From Salpingoeca rosetta (Eukaryota > Protista > Choanoflagellata), in contig JAWQFM010000029.1 of the NCBI GenBank assembly GCA_033442325.1, positions 152,966 through 216,965 of the forward strand: a DNA stretch of 64,000 bases, given 5' to 3'. The notes under the pieces were generated by a model. It saw nothing but the letters and a program-made list of their open reading frames with translations. It was not told where the DNA came from and did no database searches. Positions 25,047-37,800 of the stretch are shown in pieces. Position 1 is the stretch's first letter. Each line of letters starts with the position of its first letter. The translations under genes and the position numbers were made by a program.

Positions 25047-27522
25047 TCACGGCGTACCGTCGCTGGAGTGACTGCGGCGGCGGCTGCTTCCGCGACTCGG
25101 CGTGCGCGAACCAACCTCTCCTCCTCGTCCTCCTCCTCCCCCTCCTCCTGTGGTTGCTGCTGCTGCTGGTGGTGGTGGTGGTGTCACTGGTGTTATCGGC
25201 GCTTTCGGTGTTGCTGCTGGATCTGCCGTGTCCGGTACAAGTGGCGATGCCGCTCCCGTTGTCTTCCGGCCGCGCCTCGCTGTCAAGCTCTTCTTACTCG
25301 CGCCTTTGCGTGCTCTTGTCGCTTGTGCACTCCGCTTGGCACTACTGCTGCTGCTGCTGCTACCGCTGCTGTTAGTACGCTTGCGCGTCTTGGTTCGCTG
25401 TGCTGGTGCTTGCGCTGTGGTCGCTGGTGCTGGCGGCGTCCGCTGCAATCGCGTTGCTCGCGCCGGTGCTCCTGTCTTCCTCACCGCTCTGCGGGCTGTT
25501 GGTGCCGCTGGTGGTGCCGCTGTTGGTGGCTGTGTTGGTACCACTGCCTCCTGCTTGGGTGAAAGTGCTGGCACCGATGCAACCGGCGAAGACTGCTGCT
25601 GTTGTTGTTGTTGTTGTTGTTGCTCTTCTTCCTTCTTCTGCTTTTTCTGCTTGTTCCGTGACTGATGGCGGGCTGTCTTTGCGCGCTTGCTGCGGGTTTC
25701 GCTCGTTTGCTTCCCTGCCGCCCGCTTCTTCTGTTGCTGCCGCTGTTCCAGCTGTACCGGGGCCTGCTTTGGGGATGGGTGTTGTTGGACTTGTTCTTTC
25801 TTCGGGCTGCCGGTTACACGAGAAGATGCTCCTTCTTCGACGGCCTCCTCCTCTTCAGCTGCTGCTGCTTCTTCCTCCCCTTCAACTCCTTCTTCAACTG
25901 CTTGTTTGTCCTCTTCTTCCTCGTCCTCGTCCTCCTGTTCGTCGTCGTCGTCGTCAATGACAATCACTTCCTCGTCGCCGAGCGCGCTGCTGCCGCTGCT
26001 GACAACGTACACAGACCCCTCCTCTTCTTCCTCGTCCCCGCTGTTGTCGTCACCTGGCGGTGCTGATGGCGAGGTTGACGATGACGATGATGATGAGGAT
26101 GACAAGCCGTAGGACGCTTGCTTTGTGGCAAACGCGGCAACACCAACCTCACGCGGCGCCTCTGCTTCCGCTTGTTCCCTTTCTTCCTCTGCTTCGTCGT
26201 CGTCGTCGTCAGATGACCACCCGTGCGAGGCTCGCTTCACAGCAAATGCAGCAACACCAAACTCTCCCACTTCTTGAACTTCCTCTTCCTCTTCGTCGTT
26301 GTCTTCTTCTTCTTGACTTTCCTCTTCCTCCTCCTCCTCCTCCTCTTCCTCTTCCTCTTCCTCTTGCTGCTCTACTTCTTCCGCGCCTTCTTCTTCTTCC
26401 TCCTCGTCCTCGTCGTCGTCAGATGACCACCCGTTTGAGGCTTGCTTGACAGCAAATGCAGCAACACCAAACTCTCCTTTGCCTTTCTCCTCGTTGTCGG
26501 CTTGCCCCTTTGCGTCTTCGCTTTCTTCTCCTTCTTCCTCTTCCACTTCCTCCTGCTCTTCCTCCTCGTCAGATGTCCACCGGTGTGAGGGCTGCTTGAC
26601 GGCGAATGCGGGTGTGTCAAGGACCTCCGATACGTTCAGTCCCGGGCCAGAACGGCTTCCTTGCTCGTCCTCTCCCTGATTTGCTTCCTCCTCCTCCTCG
26701 TCGTCGTCGTTGACCTGCACGTGCTCTTTGGCTTCACACAGCGACGCCTGTCGAAAGCCATCGTTGGCATGCAAGCATCCGCACAAACGTGAGCAGCATT
26801 GTACAGCCAACTTCATCTTTACGGACAGTGCATGCACATCTACACTAAACAAAGCAAAATCCACACACACACACACCCACGGACACACCAACAATACAGT
26901 TGCTCATGACAGAAGCATACCCGTAGTGCACGCTCAAGGAGGGCTTGTTCCCGATGGCTTGCAAAGAGGGTGTCGTCAAGCTAACAACGCATGACAAGTC
27001 AGACATGAGTGGGCCATTTGTGGCCGACACAGCAGGCGCACATGCCATGCACGCATGCGGCAAACACATCAACAGAACGAAACACGTGGTCGACAGAGCG
27101 CTAGATGCCCTGAGTATGAGCGCACGCGTGGACACACACACACACACAGACAAATACGCACATGAAACAGGCGCCACACGATGCGCGCGCACACACACAC
27201 ACACACTCACGCTGGATGGGCGTTGTCGACGGGAGCGGCCCGATGTGCGACGGCTAAGCTCACCAGCGAGTAGCTTGCGCTGCTCTTCGATATCAACCGC
27301 AAAGCCGAGCTCTGCCTCGAGTTCGGCGGCGATGGTCTGCGGGTCCTTCTCTGCTTCGTGCGCTGCCGGGCTTGGTGTTGGCGGTGTCTTTGTGCTGCCC
27401 GCGCTTTCGTGTTGCAACCGTCCCTTTTTCTGGCGTGCCGTTGTCCGCGACGATGAGCCTCTCGTTGTCGTTGCTCTTGCTCTTGCTGGTTGGGTGCGAC
27501 GGCTTCTGGCACGTCTTGGCAT
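25047..27522 (-). CDS. Acidic/basic low-complexity, probably nuclear protein of unknown function; 3' end uncertain (may continue through small exons at ~24830-24877 and ~24618-24665)
   Basis: ATG 27522 MPRRARSRRTQ.., GT-AG exons ~27522-27264, ~27030-26921 and a ~1.65 kb exon ~26715-25056 with poly-E/D, poly-Q, K/R-rich stretches and four copies of an AFAVKQAS.GWSSD motif. Confidence 0.65.
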
Positions 27523-28068
27523 CACACCATGTACTTCAACCAACCCCCAACACACGCGCGCGTGCACGTGTTACTTGGTGTGTGTCGAAGGAGGCGGAAA
27601 CTTGGGCGATGGGGTGAGGGTGCTGTCGAAGGACGCTCTGTCGATTGGTGGCTTGTCGACCCCCCTCTTGCTTGGGCAGTGCTGTGTGTCGAGTGCGGCG
27701 ACAACAGAATGAATGAATGAGCGGATGAAGGAAATGATCACAGCAGCCACGCCGTCGCAGAAACACAAACACGAAGGTGAGCGAACACGTACCTGGTCGC
27801 TGTTTGGTTTGTTGGCGTGTGTGTGCTTGTTGCATCGGGGGTTTGTGCGGCATGACAATCACCTGAAGTTATCCACAAATGCTCCACAACCGTGTCCGCG
27901 CAATTCAAAGCCGGCGGTTGCAATGCTCACTTCTCGTCATTTGAGCCGTGCCAACAACGACAACAATAACAGCTGTGCGGCTGGTGAGGAAGCGAACGCA
28001 GGCGAAGCCGAGGACGAGGAGTAGGCAGAAGGAAGGAGGAACCGACCAAGGGCAAGCAGCATTGGAAC

Positions 28069-29158
<1,090 letters not shown>

Positions 29159-29588
29159 TACGATCACCAGCACGAATCTATGATCAAGAAACCATTGCGA
29201 TCCTTACCATCATATCAATGCGACAACAACGCCTTCATCGCCTTGTCCACGACGATCATGATGTTCATACGCGTATGCATTTGAACGTGTTGTGGTATTG
29301 CAGCCATCCCCAATGCATGCTGACCAACGTGTGCATGCTTGTGCAACCCTTGTTAAACAACCACCTGACTCTGTCTGTCTGTCTGTCTTCTGTCTCTCTG
29401 TCTCTCTGTCTGTCTCTTTCTCTTCGTGTGCGTCTTTGTTGTCGGGCCTTGTCCTTTTGCTTGTTTGATGCCATGTTATCTGCACTCGTGTTCCAGAGGA
29501 ACAACAGTTTATAATTGACAAACGAGCTCTCCTCTGAAGCTGTTGGCGAGTTAAGCCGCGACGCACACACACACACACACACACATGT

Positions 29589-30346
29589 TCACTTGCGTAA
29601 GCGTGCGGATCTGCGAACGCCGGCACTGGGCTGCTTGGTCTCTCCACCACCAGTGCCCCGCCTTGCCTTCTTCGTCGCCGCAGTACCATCATCATCATCG
29701 TCATCATCGTTGTCACTGCTACGGTTGGCTGCACCCTTACCCCTCCTTGTCGCTTTGCTTTGCTTGGCTGGCGCCTTCCTTCCCACCGTGGAAACCATCT
29801 CCTCTTTCTCCTCTTCTCCATCCCCATCTTCCTTGTCATTCGTGTCGTTCTTCTTCCCCTTCTTCTTCCCATTCCTTCCATCACCATTACCCTTAGCCTT
29901 CGTCTTCGTCGCCCCACCTGTTTTGTTCGCCTCTGCCTCTCTAAGTGCCTGCTGGTACTGGGCGTTTGTGCGCGTGAACACGAGCACGTGTTCGCTGCTC
30001 TGCGCCGCGTTGTAGCGGTACCCCTCCAAGTTGAACGCACGAATGTCGTCGAGTGACACGGCCTGGCACGTGCCGGCGTGGCGAACCATCAGCCCGCGCG
30101 CTCGCTTTGCATACGTGGAGATGATGCGGCCGTCGTGCTTGAACACGCAGTCCACCCACACCACACCCCCAGCAGCCGCACCAGCGCTGGTCAGGGCATC
30201 TCTGTTGACCACTTTGGAGTATTCGTTGGACGCAACGTTGACAACGATCTGGCGACGTGGGAGAGGGCAGGGACGAGACGAATGGGAGGAGGAGGGAAGA
30301 GAAGCACGTGAATGGGGGAATGACGGCTCCCAGGAGCATCATACAG

Positions 30347-30384
<38 letters not shown>

Positions 30385-31974
30385 CAACACAAACACACAC
30401 ACAAAAACACGCACACACGCACACCGCGGCGTCATAACTGCGGCCGCGCGGGTTTCCCTTGCGACCAGTAAAGGCAAGGGACATAAACCTCTATTGCAAA
30501 AAAGTCGTTCCTGGGGGTTTGAGTAGCCGCCGCCAAGTACACAGTGACCTAAATTACACTCGCGTCTCATGAAGGAAGCGGGGGCCGGCTCGCGAATTCA
30601 GTATCTTCCATTGCCTGTCTGGCTAGTACAAATATATGGCGCACTGACCGCAAGTCATCGTCGTCCTCTCGCTGGGATTGCAGCTCGTATCAATTGAGTT
30701 ACCTTTCAGAGTCACACTTGTCGTACCCTAATCCGCCTCTATTCTACATAGGCAGGCTTCATACCTGGGACACACGCACATACGCACACGCACACACGCA
30801 CATACGCACACACACACACACACACACGCACACAAACACACACAGACACACACACACACACACCCTTCTCGCTTCACGTGTTCACTCCTCACACTGACCA
30901 GTCGTCCGTTCTCGTCTCGTGGCGCCGTCTTGAGCAGGTGTGCTGTCAGTGATTGCGTTTCCCAAAAGTCATACAGTGTCTTGGTTGACGTCACTTCCAC
31001 GCCCAGCTTTGTGCCCATCTCCAACCTGCGCACCAAGCACACGCAGCGTGAGGCGACGACGAATCAGATACACGCATGCGAACGACAGCGTGGTGCTGGC
31101 AGTTGCACGCATTCGCAAACTCGCCAACAGCGTGCGTCACACACGCGCAGCCAGGATACCCATAACCAACTCCCTTCCCCCCCCCCCACACACACAGGCA
31201 ATCCCTCTTCCGCCCGGCACACACAGACACACACACAGACACACACAGACACACACACACACACGCACACACACACACACACACAGAGACACACGCACAC
31301 ACACGCACGCACACACACACACACACACCTGTATGGTTGGATGACGTCGAGGGGTCGAAGCATGCCGTAGAGACCGGAGAGGATGCGCAAGCGTTCTTGG
31401 AGATAGTCAATGGCATTTGTATCGAGCGACCGAATGTCCAGGCCACGAAACGCTGGCCCGTCAAAGGCAAACGCGGCCTGCTTCAGCGTCACGTCGTCCG
31501 GCTTTGCTGTCGCATCCTGCGGCTTCCACGCCTGATATCTGACAGCACAGAACCAAACCACAAGGAACATGTGCATGTGCATGTGTGTGTGTTTGTGTGT
31601 TGGATGCAGCAGAAGAGAGCCATGGAGCGGGCTGCAGCGAAACACGATGGCAGTTCAAACAGCAAAAAGCGTGCACACACAGACACACATTCACACGCAC
31701 ACATGCACACACACAGACACACGCACACGTACACACACACACACAGACGCACGCACACATATAGAGACACATACCGGTCATAGTTGAGGGCTGCCAGGCT
31801 GCTGCTCAGCTTCATGAGAGCCTTGATGTCTGCCTGCGATTTTGTCTTGAGCACATCCATGAGCAGCCGCGTGGACGCCAGCATCGCTGGGGCCGTGAAC
31901 GTGCCGAGCTGCTTCAACCGCTCCCCATCCTCCCCATACGTCAGCGTCTTCGTGGGCGACAACAGAAACAACAT
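29589..31974 (-). CDS. yaaA: YaaA/UPF0246 (DUF328) peroxide-stress DNA-binding protein with a Lys-rich C-terminal extension, 4 exons
   Basis: [114 protein letters not shown]: the full set of YaaA family motifs. Confidence 0.93.
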
Positions 31975-32474
31975 GGCGTGCGTGCCAGTGTTCGGTGGGC
32001 AGTGTTGAAGTGAGAGTGTTGTGCTGCTGCTGCACGCCAGTTCCACCCGTGCCGAAAATTCGTTTAAAGTTTACACCATTTCTCTACAACCATCATCGTT
32101 CCCTCAGCGGAAGGAGGTAAACTGCTGCTCGCTTGACCTGGGGGTTTGCGTGGTGTGTGGGTGTGGCATCCATCCTCACACCTCCACGCATCCATCCTCA
32201 TCTTCACACATCCATCGACCTCGCTCTTGCGTTTGGAGGATCGTCGTACTCATAGCTCAGGCGTTGCACCTTTTGTTCTGATGCTTTGCCAGCTGCCCCT
32301 TCCATCCCACACAAATACGAACGCTGTCGCGGTGTTGTGACATAACGGTGCCCCCAGACACTGCACGAGACCACGAACAACGACGCACATCACAATTACG
32401 CACAAACGCGAAAGGGCCACAACAACCACCTCCCCTCCAACAGCACTGCCACGGAGTGGTGGTGCCGGAGTAAC

Positions 32475-34181
32475 ATGGCCCGCAACAGGCGAGTGGCATT
32501 GCGACGCGTGCCGCGCTCCCTTGCTGTCGTGGCCTGTGCTTTCGTGGCACTGCTATCGTGCACGCTACTGTGGCACGCAAGCACAACAGCGGCAGTAGCA
32601 CAGGACCTGGCGCCGTGCGACGTTGCACGCCACGATGTCGTCTTTGTGCTTGATGGCCATGTTGCCCTCTTGTCGCAGCACGACGAAGCGCTACAGGCCG
32701 CTGCCACCATCACCCGCGCCTTTGATATCGGACCCCAGCGATCAAGGTACGTTCTGCGCGCAGCCGCCTTCTCTTGTGTGTGCACGTGCTGGAAATGCGC
32801 TCGACGCCTGAAACGATACGAGTTTCCTGCCCGTGCATGCTCCTGTCGTCTGTGCTCTCACGTGTGCCTTCACGCTTTCTTTCAGCCAACGAACACACAC
32901 ACACACAACACTCACTCTCTCACACGTGAACACACACTCACTCACTCACTCACTCACTCACTCACTCACTCTCTCACACGTGAACACACACTCACTCACT
33001 CACTCACTCACTCACTCACTCACTCACTCACTCACTCACTCACTCTCTCATTCACTCACTCACACACACACACACACACACGCACATACACACACACACT
33101 CGCACTCACTCTCTCACTCACACACACACACACAAGGGTGGCGTTTGTTTATGCAACTGGAAGCTCTGCCCGACTTATGTTCGACTTTGCGCAGCACACC
33201 ACCACCGACGATGTGACTGCGGCCATCCTGAACACACCGTTTGTTGGCACGCCGACGTCAAAGCTGCACTATGCGCTGGCGCTGTTGCTGAACGGGCTCC
33301 TCCCCGCACGCGAGCGCACCAGCCCCGAGTACACGCCCGTGGTCGTGCTGCTCGTATCGTCAAACTCGCCCGTAACCGCACAGACCGTCAGCCTGATGCA
33401 GCAGCTGCAGTCAAGTATGGGCGCTGTTGTTGCCGCCGTTGCCCTGGGCAGCGCCACGCCAACCATCGCCACCAACGCCCTCACCAACGGCGTGTCCGCG
33501 CCAACGCACGTGTTCCTCTCCCTGCAAGCCACCCTGAATTCAGGGAGCACGCGTGCCTTTGCGCACGGCGTTGCGTGTGACCTGCGTCTCCTGTCGTTCA
33601 GCGTGGACTTGGATGCGGGAGCGTGCACACTCGAGTTCAACCGCCCTCTCCCGCCCGTGGCACTGCAGCCAACGCAGCTTGTCTTGCTTGCAGGCACGAC
33701 AGAGAACAGTGGAAGCGGCGACAGCAGTGACACTGGCAGCAGCAGCAGCAGCACTGCCGCTGGTGCTGTCACATACCCGCTGCGCGTGCCATCTTCGTCG
33801 CTTGGACTTGCCTCCACCATCGCCATGGCCATCCCACCACAAGACGTGGCTGCGTTGTTGACGCAGCGGCACCTGCTGCAATCAACCGCAACCACCGCCA
33901 TTGCAGCGGACAACACCACGCTCGCGTCCCCCTCCCTCTTCACCTTCCGGGCGATTCACCGCACAACGCCGCTCCCCGCCACCATCGTCACGGGTCCCCT
34001 GCCCCCATATGGCATGCGCGATCTTGTTCCTGTCGGCATTGAGGCACGGCGCCTCGTGTTCACGTGGACGCAAGTGACCGCGCCCAATGCTGACACCGTT
34101 GATTACGCCGTGTGGTGTGCTGGCGACCTCAACCCCGCTACATATCCATCATGTAAGCCAGGGAGGGGGCACGTGGGGGAG

Positions 34182-34224
<43 letters not shown>

Positions 34225-34386
34225 TGTCGTGCGTGCCTGTTCACTTGTTCGCCCTCGTGCAGACACTGTATCTTCCACTTGCCTATGAACTTGCAACTCA
34301 CCTTCTGTACTCACGCCTTTTCATCATCACATACACACACGCACACACACACACACACATACAAACACACACATACACACACACGT

Positions 34387-34429
<43 letters not shown>

Positions 34430-34786
34430 CACACACACACGCACGCAAACACACACACGCATCTACGACAGCGCTGCCGATGGCACGGCTGGATGTGTTG
34501 GACCCGCCACCTCTGGCCATCCCGGCAGTGCCGTCGCCGTCGTCACCGCGCAACGGAGCGACACGCATTGCCTTCAACGCCATTGATGCGTCACGCCTGA
34601 CGCCAGCACCGCCGGACAGCCCCTCCAACGGGTTCATCACGTTCAACGGGCAGACGAGCTACACGTCATCGCCACTGCCATCCATCAGCACCACGTTCAC
34701 GGTCGCCACGACGCTGCTGCAGGCGTCAACGAGCAACAGCTTCATCTTCCTCAAGCGCAACGCAGACGCAGACATCCTCTACGCGT

Positions 34787-34870
<84 letters not shown>

Positions 34871-37800
34871 CTCGTTCTTGCTTGTGCTGGCGTGCTAATT
34901 TCTGCACTGTCCACCAAACCTAACACACCACGCCCCTTCCTCTCTGACACCTTCTCCCCACACCTTGACCCCTCCCCACCACCACAGCCTGGCGTCCCTC
35001 TCGTCTGCAAACGCGCTCGTGTTTTACTACCGCCCGTGTGGAACATCGGACCTGCTGTCCGCCACTTTCCCGTTTCAGCTCGCCGACCAGCGCGTGCACC
35101 GCGTGCTCCTGTCCATTGACAGCGGCGCTGTTTCGCTCTCTGTCGATGGTTCACAGCGCGTCACCCGCGCCATGCCCTCAGCATGCATCACAGACTGCCT
35201 TCCCCAGACGCAGGCGTGCTCGTTTGTGATTGGCGGCCAGCCAACCCCTGCTGGCCTCGCACTGCCGTTTGTGGGCACCATCACAGAGCTGTACTTGTTC
35301 CCTCTCGCCGCTCTCACGTCCTACCCAGACGCAGCCCAACTCACAATCACGACATCAACCACATCAACCACAACAACCCCCACAGCCACCACAGCCACCA
35401 CAGCTACCACCGCTGATTCATCATCATCGTCGTCGTCACCGTCCGTGCACCCGTCTGGCCTGGGCAACGTGACGTTTATGCGTGTGCACACCACCGCCGA
35501 TGCCAGCGGAACGGTCGTCCTCAACGACCTCACCCCTTACGCAACCTACCACTGCTTCCTGCGCGTTTCAAACGAGTTTGGGTCGCGAACAGGCACCGTC
35601 CTCTCCATTCGCACACCAGCGGCGCCGCCGCGTTTCGTTTCGCCACCGACTGTCAGCGCCATCACCGCAACGGGGGCGGTGCTGACGTGGCAGGAGCCTG
35701 GCGAGCTCAACGCAGCCTCTGTTGTGTACGACATCATCGTTGTCCCTGCGAACAACGCGTCGCACACGGTTGCAGACGTGCGTGGCCTGGATCAGCAGCA
35801 GCGCCAGCTTGCTCTGGCCACGCTGCGCCCATACACCCAATACCACGTGCAATTGGCCGTGCGAAACAGCGCGGGCACAACACAAGCACGGCTGGTCTCC
35901 TTCACCACGCTGCCAGCACCACCAGCAGGCGTGGTGCAGCCCACAACCATTGCCACCACGGCAACCACAGTGACACTGGCCATTGCGCCTGCTCGCTCGC
36001 TCAACGGCCCTGCAGCCACATATCGCATCTACGCCCGTCTCCTCTCGTCCAGCGCAACCACAACTGGTGAAGATAGCGGCGATGGTGACAGCACCACTGC
36101 CTCTCCCACCACCACGACAGCATCGGTAGCAACACCAGCATCCACAACAGCACCACCAACATCAAGAGCAACAGCAACGGCGGTGTTGGTGGCGGAGACG
36201 AATGCTGCGCCGTCCTCACTCACCATCGGGCAGCTTCTACCTGCGAGCGTGTATGTGTTTGGCGTGGCGGTGGACAACGGAGCGTTCAATTCGTCCGTCG
36301 TGTTTGCAGATGAGACGACAGTAACAGCGGCCGCGCTGCCGACAGAACAGACACCGCCTCTCCTGCAGCCACAGGCACGTGCCATCACCATTACCAACAC
36401 CCCGCTCCCGCTCCGCCCAAATGGCGAAATTGTCGCATTTCGCGTGTGGTTGGACGGGATCATCTACACGGACGTCAGCAGCGGCGTGCTTGCAGGCACG
36501 ACAATCACGGGGCTGGCACCCGCCACCATGTACAACGTGTCTGTTGCCGCATGCACCACGGCTGGGTGCGCGTCCCCTCCTGCCGGCGCGATTGCCACAA
36601 CTCTGCCGGCGGCCCCAGAGGGCGTGTTGCCGCCAACGCTCGTGCTTGCAAGCAACACATCGCTCACGTTTCGCGTCAAACCGCCCCTCGTTCCCAACGG
36701 ACCTGTGCTCGCATACGAGCTCGTGCTTGAGCAGATGCACGGCTGCGTGCAGGCAGACCCCGTTGGCTGCTCGTTCATCACCTGTACCAGCGACGAGGAG
36801 GTGTGTGGGAATGCATGCTACAACCCCGCCACGCACGTGTGCTGCGGCAACACCGCACTTCACCCACGCGCGGACAACCACACGTGCTGCGGCAGTGCAT
36901 ACGTGAGCACGGAGCAGGACCCAGCCCTGCCTCCCTTCGAGTGCTGCGGTGACAAGTGGTCGCCCCGGCGTGGGGGATACGTGTGCTGTGGCGGAGAGCA
37001 CGTGTTTGCGAGCGAGGGCGCGCTATGCTGCGACGGCGTGCTGACGGAGGGCGACGCGTGCTGTGGTGCTCAGGGGTACTACGACACGGATGCGCACATG
37101 TGCTGTGACGGTGTGTTGTACGATGCCGCTGCCAATCGCAAGTGCTGCGGTGCAACCGTCATCCCCTCATCGCAGACGTGCTGTGCCGGCGTTGGGCGTC
37201 AGTTGAACGCAGACAACAGCGAGGCGTGTTGCGGTGTGGACGTGTTCACCACCACCACCACCACCACCACAAACAGCAGCAGCAGTGGTGGTGGTGGTGG
37301 TGTTGGTCTGTGCTGCCCCGTGTCGCCTGCGCTTGCTGCTGGCGCCGATGGCGATGTGGCTGCAAACCCGTTTGAATTTGGCGGCAGTTCTTCTGACGGC
37401 CACCTGCTGTACAACACGACCGCACTCAACACCGTGCTGTCAGCATCATCAGTTGCGAATGCGGGCTGCTGCGCGGGCCTGCCCATTGACACATCCGCAT
37501 ACACGTGCGCGTCAACGCTCCCCGACACCACCACCACCGCCGCCGCCACGACAGCACCCCAGCTGACTTGCGCCCTGCCCGTGGTCACATGCGACGCAAG
37601 CGCAACACCACTGACGCCAACAGCAACAACATCAGCTTGCGGCACGTGTGGGTTTGATCTGAGCAGCACCACGTGCAGCATTTACGACCCCACAGCCCGT
37701 TCATCATCATCACCATCGTCAATGATCAGTGGTGTGAGCGCGGCGCTGGCATCAGAGGGGCGGCAGCACGTCAACTCTGCATGCCCACCATACACCCGCT

